A stretch of 64,000 nt of DNA, taken from the NCBI RefSeq assembly GCF_020745735.1, contig NC_083422.1, positions 25,792,001-25,856,000 of the forward strand. Reading direction: 5' to 3'. Below, in pieces: positions 24,498 to 38,042 of the stretch. How positions within the stretch are numbered: position 1 is the stretch's first letter; each line of letters begins with the position of its first letter. The notes beneath the pieces were generated by a model, which did not search any database, was not told where the DNA came from, and was given only the letters and a program-made list of their open reading frames with translations. Origin of the DNA: Hemiscyllium ocellatum. Taxonomy: Eukaryota. Both the position numbers and the translations under genes were made by a program.

Positions 24498-24807
24498 TTC
24501 TTTGCTTTATGTCAAAGGTCACATTGGAGATAGTTCACTGTGGAATGAAATCTTCAAGGTATTTAGAAACAATGCATTTGCAATTCCATTAAACAACCAC
24601 ATACAGGAAAGTGCAACTTGGGGTATTACAAGTGTTTATATAATATATATAAGAGCCAAGTGAGCAGATTTAAGTTATGTTTAACATTATTTAGCAAACA
24701 AACACAAAGAGTTGCTAAGTTTTTCCTACAGCCTTCAGAAAACAAAGGTAATTACATTAAGACGTTATATTTCAGCAACTGAAACAAACTAGTGAATGGG
24801 TGTTTAA

Positions 24808-25123
24808 ATTAGATTCCCTGTAGTATCATTCGGTCCAACAAGTCCACACCAACCCTTCAAAGAGTAACCCACATAAATCCGTTCCCCTACCCTATATTTA
24901 CTTCTGACAAATGCACCTAACTCTATGGGCAATTTAGCATGGCCAATTCACCTGATCTGCACATCTTTGGATTGTGGGAGGAAACCAGAGTACCCTGAGG
25001 AAACCCAGGCAGACACGGGAGAATGTGCAAAACTCCACACAGACAGTCACCTGAGGCAGGAAATGAAACCAGGTCCCTTGCGCTGTGAGATAGCAGTGCT
25101 AACCACTGAGCCACCATGCCACC
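24808..25123 (-). mobile_element. HE1-like tRNA SINE
   Basis: A box tggctcagtgg and conserved core on minus strand. Confidence 0.85.
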
Positions 25124-27714
25124 CACTGAATTGTCCATAGAGCTATAGCTAGGGCTTGTGTACAAAAATAGTCTGAAAAAGAAAGCCAAAAGTACTAAAA
25201 TGAAAGCATAAAGAAGCTCAAAAATATAACAACATAAGTCAAAATGATGTTATAGTTGTGTTTTCACTTTGCAAATTTGAAGTTCATCATTAGATCATTG
25301 GTTTTCCTCTTTTCTGTGAAGCTACTGACTATTCTTCAGGGTGGAATCTCTGATTACTCCATAGCTATTGACCAGCTCAGATCCCAAAGGCAAGGGCATT
25401 TGGTATTGATGCTAAGTGCCTGTCTACTTATGGTATAATGACCTCATTACCCCACTTGTTATGGGTAATGCCGAGTTGATGTTAGTAGCTGACAAGTCAA
25501 ATCCCTTACAGGAACCTAATTGGATAGGTCCATAATTTTTAAAAAATATGTTGTTAACCAAATAATATTTTTAATAAAACATAGGCATGAAATATTACTA
25601 AGTTATTTTTAATAAAAATAAACAAAAATGTATTAATTACAGAAATGAAAATAAACAAGAAAAAGCTCCACTCTATTCCCGTTTAACACAGATTCAATTT
25701 TCTCTTTAAACACACAGAAGAAGTAATGCAAGCAGCCTTTCTAGATTAAATAGAAATAACGGCTTTGTATCCAAATTAGTGCATCCTGGTAAAGCTTACA
25801 AATGTGGCTATAATTCAAAGAACATCTAGCGCTGCATTTCCAAAAATACCACATATAGCTTATTTCCAAGTAAAACGGACTTCTCAATCTTTAAGATATT
25901 GAAGGTCTTGAACTTCAACTCATTTGCTGGAACTGTAAATACCTCCCTCTTAATCATTACAATAATGTTCCTGACTCAGCTTTCTTCCAGTGCTATGCGA
26001 TCCAATATAGTTTTAATTCCTTTTAGGAAAAAAACAACTTAACTTCTTTTCCACTAACTTTCTCAATATCACAGACTGGAATGAATAATAACTTCCTATT
26101 TGAAGATAATTTCATTGCTTTAAACTCATCAGGAATACTGTTTAACACATGTAACTCCATCAAAAAATGTCTCAGAACTTTGGAGCTTAATACATGCATC
26201 TCTCTTGAACGGATTCCCAGCAATTGAAAGTCAGAGTCTGGAAAGTTCTCCCACTAAGCCCTCTGGGTAACCTCTTGCTTGGAATTATTAGTATTATAGT
26301 TTTTAAAGGATAATGCTTAACTACAAACACATACACAAACCCATATGTTTAACTTAGAATTCCAATAAATAAAACATGCAATAAACGGCATTAAAGTCCA
26401 TCTCAGAGGTTCACTACCACAGCACCTCAGGTTTGCGGCAGCAGGGAAACACTGGTCTGGTACCTTGCTTCAATGCAGCACCACCAAAGGAGCTGGGTTA
26501 AAGCATTTAAAAGCTCATACCAAACTTCAAAATGTGCCCATATTGAATACAAGTTAACTTTGGCAAGCTTGGCCTCAACTGTAGCTTGAGCATGATGTGA
26601 AGTAGCCACTTGATGTTATCCTTCCTTTTGAATTTGATTATAAAACTTTTGCTCATCTTTAAAAAGACAGATGAATCACCAGTTTCAAAGACAGAGAGCC
26701 GTGGGAGCCAGATAAATATGTTTCTGTGAAATTATAAGAGAAAAATATAACAGCTGATGCATCTGTTGTCCACAGTGTAGGTTCTACCACATTTTGAATA
26801 TGTGCTCATGTGTAACAGCAATCACAGAGTAACATGTCTTTTCCTCTGGTGTTAGCATGGTTAGAAAACAGAAATAAATGACAAAATGGGAAGAATTGGG
26901 AATATGTACATCGATCATTCATGCACTCCAGATTTTCTGCTTTCTCAATGACCAGGATAGCTTGAATTTAACATTGCATGAGTTATTTTTAAAGAAAACA
27001 TCAATCTGATTTCTCTCCTACATGAGTGAAGTTCTTTCCTGAGTAGAATGGTTACGTTCCATAGAAATTAAGTTGGGCACAATGAAGGTTTTTTTTCTGA
27101 AGATATTATTGTGTTGCCTTTTCAAATTTAAGCAGAAATATTTATTCCAGAAGAAAGCATTAAGAAATAATACATTATTATGTGACAGTTTAATGCATAC
27201 AGATTTAAAATGCACCTCACCAGTAAACACATTTTAAAAGATAAATGAAATTTCATACTAATAGACACTAATAATTTGTTAATTCACATTTGAATACATC
27301 ATTAGAAAGAGATTATACTGTAATTATCTTTAAATTTGCCTTTGGAAAGTCAATGCTTGTGTATCCAACTTCACTATAACAGTAAACTCTTCTTTTCTTC
27401 TAAAATACAACTTTTTCTCAATCTACTTTATTGAGGAAGGAAGAACTTATACTTTTATAGAGGCTTTTAAGTCATCAATGTCCTGAAGTACTTTACAGCT
27501 AAGCAATTCAACTCTGAAGTACAGTCAGAGTTCAATTAACAAATAAAGTAGACAGTTGTTTTTAAGTTATATCCTAATATCTTCAGTAATTCAAAATAGA
27601 TCTGAAGTGTGGTGCCATATTATGCTTTTCAATGTTTTATTAAATACAAGTGACAATAATTCAATTAATCAATTATCAAGTAACAAAGTTCCACAGACAA
27701 CAATTTAATTATTT

Positions 27715-28520
27715 TTGTTCATGGAATGTGAAAGGTTCTGGCTAGGCCAACATTTTTGCTTATACTTAATTGTCCTAGAAAAAATTATGGTGAGCTGCCT
27801 TCTTTAACTGCTGCAGTTCGTACGGTGTGGGAACACCTACATTGTTGTTAGGAAGGGAAATGCAGGAATTTGTCCCCACAGCAATGAAGGAATGGCGTAA
27901 CTGTTCCACATCAGAATGGTGCATCTGAGAAGGGAAATTGTTGGTGATGGTATTTCATACATTTGGTACCTTCATCCTACTCGGAGGTAGAGGTTGTGGT
28001 TTTGGAAAGTGCACTGGAAGGAGCTTGGCTAAGCTGCTGTGGTGCATCATTTGAACAGTATGCACTGGTGCCACTATACGTCAGTGCTGAATGGTATGAA
28101 TGTTAAAATTATACATTTAACAAGCTGTTTGGAATAGTGTTGAAATGCTTGACTGTTCTTGGTACTGCATCCATCCAAACATGTGGAAGCTATTCATTCA
28201 CACTGCTGACTTGTGCCTTGTGGACACGCTTTGGAAAGATATGAGGTGCATTATTCATTACATAATTTCCAGCTTCGATACCTGCTGTAGGAGCCACAGT
28301 ATTTGTAGTGAGTTGAGTTCCGTTTCTGATCACTGTTAAACCTCAGGATGTTGGTAGTGACAGTAGTGTCATTGCCTATCCTGAGAATATGGTTAGTTTC
28401 GCTCTTGTTTGAGGTGTTTACTACCTGGCACTTAGATGGTGAAGATGTAATTCGTCACTTGTCAGCCCAAGCCTGAATGTTATCCAGTTCTTGTAGCACA
28501 TGGACAGGAACAGTTTCAAT
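27715..28520 (-). mobile_element. Old L2/CR1-clade LINE 3' part
   Basis: 3' end motif (ggc.agcatttat.../ggtgagctgccttctt.aac.gctgcag) shared with copies at 30130, 33930 and 45050. Confidence 0.55.
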
Positions 28521-31029
28521 TCTATTAACTTACATTTTTGATTAATGTCTTATAAATGTACCAACATAAAACGTAAACTGCTCAGTGAGAAGTTTCATCG
28601 TGAGCAGAAGAATCAGATTTTCAGCCAGGCAGTGTAGATATCATTTTGCCTTCAGAATCAGTTGCTTATCTGAAACTGGCAAATCCATCACACATATAAT
28701 CGTAATCAAATGACATCAGTTTAGGAGTTAACTTTTAAACATTTTTAGGTTTAGTATACTGTTTCTCAAACAGCAAGTCACTTTAGGTATTACTGTATTT
28801 GTAAAGGATTAGTTATTTTTACTTTTTGTTAAGTAAAACTTATTTTGTTGTCAAGTAAAACTTGGTTAATGCCATTAAAATGTTCTGCAATTATTGTAAT
28901 TGTTCTACATTTTGTTCAAAGCAGCCAATTTTAGGCTTCATATCCATTGTTTTATATTGGTCTTGTATCCACTAGAATTGTAAAGAACTATGTAATTTCA
29001 AAATAGCTTGTAGCTTTTTATAATTCCAACCCTCAGTACATTGTGGAATATCCACGGAGGGATTTGAAATATATACAGAGTATTTGATCTCACTGCCCGT
29101 CAGAAGGAATGGCACAAGTGAGGTGGAGGTGACCATTTAAAGTGGCTGAGGTGGAGTGGAAGGATAAATGTTATCAGGCCATTTCTGCTCTTGACCATCT
29201 TTATGTATGTTAATTTAGACATGGTGCTATCACTGGAGACCACCAACTGGACTGTACTTTTATATCACTATTGTGACATTTTAAATTTTGAGATTACGTA
29301 GACTAAATGGGACTGGCATTGGGATCAAAATCTCAACTGCAGAACCCTGATGGCAGAACCCTAACATCAGAAAATCCAGAGCAGGGATTAGATTTTACAC
29401 ATTCGATTGGATAAGGTTGGAGGGGGCAGCAGCCTACGCCAGATTGGAGCAGCTAACGTTGCCTCCATGATGTGGCACCCAAATGCATACCTACCTGCTG
29501 CCACAGAAGCGAGCTCTCCCATTGGGGTTGCTGGTTTGCAGCTGGAAGAAGACACCTACTACCCTTAATAGAGCAAACAATTAGCAGGGGATTCCTGGAG
29601 GGTGAACAAGTGACGAGGGCAGATTCAGTCTCCATCAGACTCCTGTGTAGGCACAACATGGGATCCCATTGGAAGAGCCAACCCTAGAATCCTCTGCTGC
29701 ATGACCAGGACAGCAGAAACCCTGAATCCCTGAAAGTAAAATCTGATGGCAGAACCCTGATTGCAGGACCTTGACCAAACTTCATAGCGCCTCGACTGCA
29801 GAATCCCCAATAAGCTGCTTTGTTCTGATTGATGTTGAGTTTCTTCACAATTGTTGGAGTTTCACTCATACAGCTGAGTAGGAAATATTCCATCACACTT
29901 TTGATTTGTTGCTTGCAAATGGTGGAGAGTCTTTGAGGGGTCAGATGAGTCACTCACTATAGAATTCCTAACCTCTGATGTGTTCTTTTAGCCCCTGAGC
30001 ATATATGACTGACCCAGTTTGGTTTCAGGGAGTCAGTGATGGTAATGCCACTGAATATCAAGGGGAGGTTGTCCGATTTTCTTTTGTTCAGATGGCCATT
30101 TCCAGGCAGTTATGTTCTTACTTATTCACCTCTTGAGATGTGGGCATCACTGACTGAGTCAGCATTTATTACCCATCCCTAGTTGACCTTGAGAAGGTGG
30201 TGGTAAGCTGTCATTTGTCATTTATCATTCGGAGCCTGAGTGTTTTCCAGATATTTCTGTTGCTTAAGGGCATGGATTACTTCAGTATCTGAGTAGTTGA
30301 GAATGGTGCTGAAAACTGTGCATTCATGAGAGAACATCTTCATTTCTGACCTTGTGATGGCTGATGTTCATTGATGGAGCAACTGAAGATTGTCATACCT
30401 AGGACACTACCCTGAAGATCTTCTACAGCAATGTCCTGTTGCTGAGATGATTAATGTCTAGCAACCGCAACTATCTCCCTTTATCCTACGTACGACTCCA
30501 ACCAAAGGCTGAGTCAGCCTGACAGAATGCAAACTGAGTATCAGTATGCAGATTACTGCTGAATAAATGCCATCTACTAGTACTAGTGCCAATCCCTTCT
30601 ATTACTGTGCTGGTGACAGACAACAGACTGATAGGCTATCTATGTGGCTGGATTGATTTTGACTTGCTTTTTATATTCAGGACATATTTAAGACATTTCC
30701 ACATTGTCAGGTCGATGCCAATGTTTTAGCTGTGCTAGAGCAACTTGGTTAGAGGTATGGCTAGTTCTGGAACACAAGTCTTCAGTATGACTGATGAAGA
30801 GCTTACAGCTTTTGCAGTAAGCAGTACCTTTTATGTATTGCTTAATATTATGTGGAGTGAAATGAATTAGTTAAAGGCCGGCATTTGTGTTGTTGGGGAC
30901 TTCAGGAGGAGACTAAAATCAATCATGCGCTAGGTACTACTAGCAAAAGATGGATGCAAAGGCATCACTCTTGTCATTTGCAGTGATGTTCTGGGCTCTC
31001 GAATCATTAAGGATTGTTAAAAAAAAATT

Positions 31030-31260
31030 GTGGGATGTAATGCATCACTGGCTATGCCAGCATTTATTTCCCATCCCTAACTGCCCAGAAGGTAGATAAA
31101 TGTCAATCACATTTCTGTGGGTCTGGAGTCACATGAAGGAAAGACCAGGTGAGGATGGAAGACCTCCTTCCCAAAAGGATATTAATAAGCCAGGTGGATT
31201 TTCCCAACAATCCACAGTGGGGACACAGTCACCATTAGACTAACCTTTCATTCCAGAATG
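31030..31260 (-). mobile_element. SINE fragment sharing its 3' end with the L2/CR1-clade LINE
   Basis: gccagcatttatttcccatccctaa terminus matches the LINE 3' end, but the internal sequence differs. Confidence 0.5.
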
Positions 31261-31264
31261 TTAT

Positions 31265-31581
31265 ATCATAGAATTCCTACAGTGTGGAAGCAGACCCTTC
31301 AGCCTAACAAGACCACACCCAACTTCTGAAGAGTAATTCACTCAGACCTATTTCCCTATCCTATATTTACCCCTAATTAATGCACCTAACTTACACATCC
31401 CTGTACACTATGAACAATTTAGTATAGCCAATTCACCTAACCTGCACATCTTTGGATTGTGGGAGCAAACCCATACAGACACTGGGAGAATGTGTAAATT
31501 CCACACAGACAGTTACCTGAGGCTGGAATTGAACCCGTGTCCTTGGCATTGTGAGGCAGCACTGAGTCACTGTGCCGCCCT
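31265..31581 (-). mobile_element. HE1-like tRNA SINE
   Basis: Same core, B box ggttcaattcc, CR1-type tail. Confidence 0.82.
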
Positions 31582-33919
31582 ATTCAATTCTCAACATCTG
31601 CCATTTGAATCCCAGTATATTCTGGAATCCTATCCAGTGACATTAACACTTACCTCCCTTTAATGGGGATTTTAGTGAAAGTTCCTTCTGCAGTTAGTGT
31701 TTAATTGTTCACTTATACCAATTGTAAATGGTGTAGAATTTTCACCAGCCCCATTGGTTGCAGGATTGTTGACCTCTCTCTATTGCACACTGTATGCAAA
31801 TAGTCCTATGTTGTAGCTCTTCTTCAGTTGACACCTCACTTTTAGGTATACCTGGTATTGTCAGCAGTATGCCCTCCTACACTCTTCATCATAGTCAATG
31901 GGTTAATTCCCCTAGCTTGATGGTAATTCCCCTAGCTGCCTCTGGCTACAGATTTTCATTGAGGAAAATTATTCTGCTGATAATCCACAGTGCCTTGCAG
32001 ATGCCCAGTTTTGCGTTGCTAGATCAGATCAAAACATATCCCATTTAGTTCTGTGCAACACAGCACATCTACTGAGTTCACTGTTCAAGTGCTAATTAAA
32101 GTTATTCTGTGAATGAATGAAAAGAGAAAACTAACATTCAGCTCATCCAACTTGTAATGTAAAGAAACCCCAACTTAGTGCAACTTATTTCAAAGTCATT
32201 TACTTCCTCAAAACTCCTTTTAGACTTACAGTGCAGACAATACATACTGTGCTAGTGACAATTTTTTTCCACAATTGATAGGCATTTATGATGACATTAT
32301 CTTAATGTTCTATTCAAGATTTCTCTGGAAAACCAGAACCAATATAAAGCCAGTTGAAATGGAAATAATAAAATGATCAAAGCTGCATTGAGGCAGAAAG
32401 AATTTGCATTCCAATTGAATTTGTGTTTTTTTTTCTGCAACAGTTTCTTACAATATCAATACATTTGCAAAGTTTGTAGCATCGGAAATGCAGCAGTCAA
32501 TTTAGACCTGCAAAAGTATAAGGTAATGAAAAAGTAATCTTTTCTTCATTGTATTATTTGATGAACAGGTGTTGGTCTGGACGTCGGGGAGAAATCGTTT
32601 GTTCTTCCTTTGGTTTAATGTCTAATTTAAAAGATGGCTGTTCCTCATCAGTACTGCAGTGGCAACCTAGATTGTGAGGACTCTACAGCACAGCTTACAT
32701 CCACAACATCTTGACTCAGAGGCAAAAGAACTTCTGACAAAAGTCAAGGTGAACATATTTATATGCTGATAAAAGGAAAGCATTGGTTTTTAAATGACTA
32801 CAAACTAACATTAAGATACACTTTATGTAAAATACATCAACAGAAGTGAACTATTTCCTTTGACGTAGTTTTATATGTCCTGATGGCTATCAATAATGGC
32901 TGTAAGTTACAAAAATTATAAAATGTATTTGTTGAAATATAAAGATACTAATGATGGAGTGTGTGCATTGGTATTCCGACTACCTTGCAATGATTTTACA
33001 GCAACAAAAGTCTATCAGATATGCTGTTAAGGTGTATGTGCTTTTTAACCTTGGCCACATTAAAATGCAGTGGATTGCTATAGGTTTGTGATGGCAATTT
33101 ATTCTTTTTCTGAGAATTCCCAATGCTGTAAAATGTTACCTTTCATTAAGACAAAAACAAGAAAACAGAATTTGATTAGGATCAAAAAAGAGATTTTGTA
33201 GGTAAGAATCCATCTCAAAGGGGAAACTAATTGGATTCAACACCAAAAGACCTTTCTTTGTAAGCAATGAACAATATGAAAAAGGTAGATATTTGAAATA
33301 GTAAATATATATGTATATATCATAAAAAGGTAGACCACAATTCTATCCTGTGCAACATGATGGATATTTGGAAAAACAGTGGAATTAGGGTTAATAGAAT
33401 TTGTGACACTCTATTTAAAGAAAATTCTTCACATAAATTGAAACAAAAAATGTAAAATGAAATGGTGAAATGTGAAACAGTGAAGGTATGATTGAAACCA
33501 ACTATTACTTTCACTATGCATTTGAAACAATAGCAATGGCAGAAGAATGACCTGAGAAAGGATTTTAATAAACTGGCAAATTGAATGTTAAAAGAATAAA
33601 CAGGCTATCCAAGAACAAAATAAGAAGAAGATATTGGAAATTCAGACAATTTATTACATATAACACAAATATAGCTAGACTTTTAATCATTGGAAAAATA
33701 TAATGCAATGGCTCTGAAAATCTGCTACTAGTGCAACTGATGATTTTATGACACACCAGTGAATGAATATGTGCCATCATAGTTGTAAACTACCCCAACT
33801 ATTCTGCTTAAACTCATTGGAACAATTATTAATAACCAATGCAGCTTTGTTCTAGTATAATAAGCAAATCTAAATGGGAATCAGCCAACAATACCAAACT
33901 ATGGTTATATTTTGTTTTT

Positions 33920-34420
33920 TCATTCATGAAAGGGATGTCAGCATTGTTGACAATGCCAGCATTTATTACCCATGCTGAATTACCATACTGAATGGTGGTG
34001 GTGAGTTGCCATTCTTGAGCTCTGGGTGTAAGTATACCCAGAGTGGTATTTGTGAAGGAGTTCCAGAAAACTGGCCCAGCAGCGAAGGAATGACAATAGA
34101 GCTCAAATCAGGATTGTGCATAACTTGGAGGGAAACTCCCAGGAGGTGATTGCTGCAGTGAATCTTGTAGATAACACACACTGCTGTCAAAATCAATATG
34201 CATTAAAGTTGGCTGTTGGAAGTATTGAATTTTAAAGTGGTGGATAGGATGCCGAACAAATAGACTGCTTTTCCCTGGCTGAAATTGAGATTCAGGAATG
34301 TTTTTGGAGCCGCACTCATCCAGGCAAGAGGGGAGTACTCCATCACATTCCTGCCTTGAGGACGATGGACAAGGCAATGACATGTCAGATGGTGCATTAC
34401 CTGAAATTCCTAATCTCTAA
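33920..34420 (-). mobile_element. L2/CR1-clade LINE 3' fragment
   Basis: RNVMEYSPLAWMSAAPKT motif plus shared 3' end. Confidence 0.65.
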
Positions 34421-35402
34421 CCATAGGATGCCTTTGAGGCATACTGTTTTAATCAAAGACAAGGGTAGTTTAGCTGGTGTTTTGATTCCTCAACAGTGGT
34501 GAATACTTCAGATGTCCTTTGAATTTTCAGTGTTCTACAGTTTATTTTTAATCAAATGCCACTGCCAATTCTTCCTTCTTGAAAAACCAAGACAATAATT
34601 TCTCCAGTTGGTTCCAGTCAAAAATCCATCATCTAAAGCAGTTTCCAGAAATTCAGTTGTTTTGTGTATTTCAAAATATGAATTCCATTGTTGCAAGCTT
34701 GATAATTATAGGTGTCTTTTATCTTCATATAACACAGAAGTAAAAATCAAATAGTGGATGAGGAGTTCTGACTGGGTAGACTAGTTTTCATGTGCTTTGA
34801 GAAAAATTGTAATTGGAGCTTAGACAATTTTGTTTATTCCACACTGGGTTCATAACGCTTGGCTAACCTGAATAGTCAATTGATTGCTGTTGCCCTTTTA
34901 AGTCAACATTTTCTTCTTTCGCAAAACCATCTCTGTCCACTTAAGTTTCGGACATTAAAATCCGGTGATGCAATTCAGAAGTCGTCACATTTTACCACTA
35001 TTGTGACACTCGTAGCAGTTAAATTGGTGCAGTTGTGTCTGAGGTGAGAAGTTGTCTTTGATGAACTCTGCAACTCAAGTGAGGGAAGCAAGAAAATAGC
35101 AGCTTGCATGGAGGGTAGGGCCAACAGGAACAAGTCAGGGGCTGAGACGGTGGCATCTTGGGTCTTGATCTGGGCTTTGAAGAATGGAAGAGGGATAACA
35201 GGGACGACAGAGACTGGCATTGAGGGGAGGGGCATTTGATTTGACAGGGGTGTAGGCTCATGAGGCGCATTTTTCAAAGGGAATGTCACAGGACCTAATC
35301 TTGTTACAAGGTCGGGGTAATGGAGCAGAGGAAGAATCCCCATGTGGAGTGAGGCCAGTTGGGGTGAGTGAAAGTTGAAGTGTAATTTACTTTTCGACTC
35401 TT

Positions 35403-35590
35403 CGACTCTGATCCCTGGCATCTGCAGTCCTCACTTTCTCCTAGTTGATGTATCCTTAAGCAAAGATTTGGAATGGGAATCACAACAACAGCAGGAGGAA
35501 AACAGACACTCTATGTTTTATAAAATATGCAAAAGACTAGTGGAAAAATTACAGCAACAAACATATAGTCACCCTAGCAAGAGCAATACA
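35403..35590 (+). repeat. About 188-bp direct duplication (copy at 37097-37284) comprising PLE tail plus downstream flank
   Basis: Ungapped alignment at offset 1694, roughly 88-90% identical by eye. Confidence 0.88.
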
Positions 35591-35726
35591 CCGTAACCAT
35601 CCACGTAAAATGTAAAGGTCACTGGAGAAACTGAACAAGTCATTACTTAGTGGCTGGATGAACAAATCCCATGGACACAGATTTCCATGTTTGCCTTGTT
35701 CACACAATTCACTTGGTAGAATAGCT

Positions 35727-36619
35727 AAGGTACACAGGAAAGCCACTCACACAGACCAAGTCCTGAACTACGAGAGCAACCACCCCAACACACACAAAAG
35801 AAGTTGCATCAAGACACTGTTCAAAAGGGCCACAACACACTGCAGTACACCCGAACTACAAAAAGAGGAAGAAGAACACCTATACAATGTATTCGCCAAA
35901 AACGAATTTCATCAATAGATGCCTAAGGGAAAGACAATGAAATGAGGACATGCCACAACCCAAAGGACTAGCCACACTACCATACATCAAAAACATTTCT
36001 GAACTGACAGCTAGACTACTGCGATCACTAGGACTCATAACAGCACACAAATCAACAGCCACTCTCAGACAACCACTCACCAGGACGAAGGTGAGATACC
36101 CAGCATGAGCAAAACCAATGTAGTGTACAAAATCCCATGCAAGGACTGCACAAAACACTACATAGGACAAACAGGAAGACAGCTAATGATCCGCATCCAT
36201 GAACATCAACTAGCCACGAAACGACATGACCAGCTATCCTTAGTAGCCACACACTCTGATGACAAGCAACATGAGTTTAACTGGGACAACACTACAATTA
36301 TAGGACAAGCCAAACAGAGAACAGCCAGGGAATTCCTAGAGGCATGGCACTCATCCACAGATTCAATCAATAAGCACATTGACCTGGACTCAATATACCG
36401 GCCACTGCAGCGGTCAGCTGGACCTGACGACCAGAAGCAGCAGATACAAATCACTATAAATGCAGGAGGAAACATCACAGAAGTGCTTCACAGGAGGCTC
36501 CAAAGCACTGAGGATGTCACCTAGACAGGGGACGAAACGTCTGCAACACAAATTCCCAGCTCAGCGAACAGAACCACAACAACGAGCACCCAAGCTACAA
36601 ATCTTCTCCCAAACTTTGA
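35727..36619 (+). mobile_element. Poseidon/Penelope-clade PLE, 5'-truncated (RT thumb + GIY-YIG + 3' end)
   Basis: VHRKATHTDQVLNYESNHP; NVVYKIPCKDCTKHYIGQTGR...HEH; REFLEAWHS; frameshifted. Confidence 0.92.
36505..36544 (+). ncRNA. Minimal type I hammerhead ribozyme, intact
   Basis: GCA-CTGAGGA-tGTCaCC-tagaca-GGgGAC-GAAA-CGTC-TGC; 3-bp stem I (GCA/TGC). Confidence 0.85.
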
Positions 36620-36744
36620 AGATCTTGTTTCTCACACCTTGGGAGCTCACAGCCTCCTAAGTTTTTCAAAGAGCCTGCGCAGAATGATGATTGAATTGTC
36701 TGATCCTAGAGTTTGCAAATTGAGTAGGGGTGAGGTATAAGGAT

Positions 36745-36883
36745 GCTGCAAATGTGTTGCTGGTCAAAGCACAGCAGGCCAGGCAGCATCTCAGGAATAG
36801 AGAATTCGACATTTCGAGCATAAGCCCTTCATCAGAAATTTGCAGCTGTGATCTCCAGCATCTGCAGACCTCACTTTTTACCC
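36745..36883. mobile_element. Asymmetric mini-PLE: minus arm with hammerhead (36804-36838), about 9-bp plus arm and tail
   Basis: TSD tgaggtataaggat(g) at 36731-36744 and 36884-36897; reverse complement reads CTGATGA-aGGGC-ttat-GCTC-GAAA-tgtc. Confidence 0.88.
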
Positions 36884-36992
36884 TGAGGTATAAGGATGGT
36901 TGGAGATATAAAGATGAAGTAATCCAAAGACGTGCTATATGATTCTGAACAAGTAATTCTGGGGAATTACACTTGTGATGTACCCTGAAGGG

Positions 36993-37136
36993 GGAGAAAG
37001 TGAGGGCTGCTGATGAATGGCTAATGCCCAAATCATTGATTACCCTGCTCCTTGGAGACTGCTTGACCTGCTGTGCTTTTCCAGCACCACATTCTTTGAC
37101 TCTGATCTCCAGCATCTGCAGTCCTCACTTTCTCCT
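36993..37136 (+). mobile_element. Degraded mini-PLE (partial inverted tail, decayed hammerhead, tail)
   Basis: ggagaaagtgagggctg / ctgatgaatggctaatgccc... / ctgatctccagcatctgcagtcctcactttctcct. Confidence 0.75.
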
Positions 37137-37399
37137 AGTTGATGTATCCTTGAGCAAAGATCTGGAATGGGAATCATAACAACAGCAGGAGGAAAACAGA
37201 CCTTCTATGTTTTATAAAATATGCAACAGACCTGTGGGAAAATTACAGTAACAAGCATATAGTCACCCCAGCAATAGCAATACATAGGAACATGTAAAGA
37301 ACATTTGCTTCCAAAGTAATGCATCAGTACTTGTTCTTTCCAAGCACAATCTCACACTGTAATAAGCTGTCAAAAAAAAACACTCACTATCCATTGACT

Positions 37400-37810
37400 T
37401 GAAATCATCAAGAGCCATCTCTAAATCATTGCCATTTGTAAGTTGTTCAACATCAGGACTAACCCGTCATCAGTGCACACTGGTAAAGCTCGCACAAGCC
37501 ATAGATATGTTGGAAGATTACAGATGTTTAGTTTATGATGCTGACACAACTAAAGCAGAAGAGGATTCTGGTGACAAAGGCCATTCCCTCCAGACCACGT
37601 TGATAAGACTAGTGTGGCAACTTTGTAGCACAACACAAAAACACAAAATAACCTAATAATCCACAAGAACCATCTTCAGACAGACCCCTAGTATGTTACA
37701 GATGCACATCTGAAGCCTTGAGATTTTCACAGCAGCACTGCAATACGACCACTCAAGGTATTATGGATAGTCGGGGAATATTGTACAATGCACAACTTGG
37801 TCATGCAATG
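37400..37810 (+). pseudogene. PIF/Harbinger transposase fossil (catalytic C-terminal region)
   Basis: GDKGHSLQT, then STRTIFRQT.SMLQM...ALQY and CTMHNL. Matches the HARBI1-like order GD.GYPL / TR..IE...G.LK.RF..L....LQY / C.LHN. Confidence 0.65.
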
Positions 37811-37949
37811 CTGTAAATCCTGCATCAGGATGATGTGGAGTTGCAGCCCTCTTCCTCAGATGAGGATGAATGAGATGAATGTTAGGAAGAGGAGATGATT
37901 GCTTAGGAGCCTTAATTGAGATACAAAGCAGGAATAACTACAATCGTTC

Positions 37950-38042
37950 ACAAGAACGGTCACTGGACTCAAAATGTTAACTGTTTTCTTTCTACAGATG
38001 CTGCCAGACCTGCTGAGTTTCTGCAGCAATTTGTTTTTTTGC
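37950..38042 (+). mobile_element. Old PLE-type 3' end (another subfamily; minus-strand copy at 47920-48012)
   Basis: acagatgctgccagacctgctgagtttctgcag is shared with 47920-48012, which retains a hammerhead core. Confidence 0.55.

Larger units (their letters stand above)
29810..32060 (-). mobile_element. Old L2/CR1-clade LINE RT fragments with nested SINEs
   Basis: HLTPQRLSTICKQQIKSVMEY...KKLNINQNKAA (RT C-terminal motif); degenerate RT sequence continues upstream. Confidence 0.6.
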
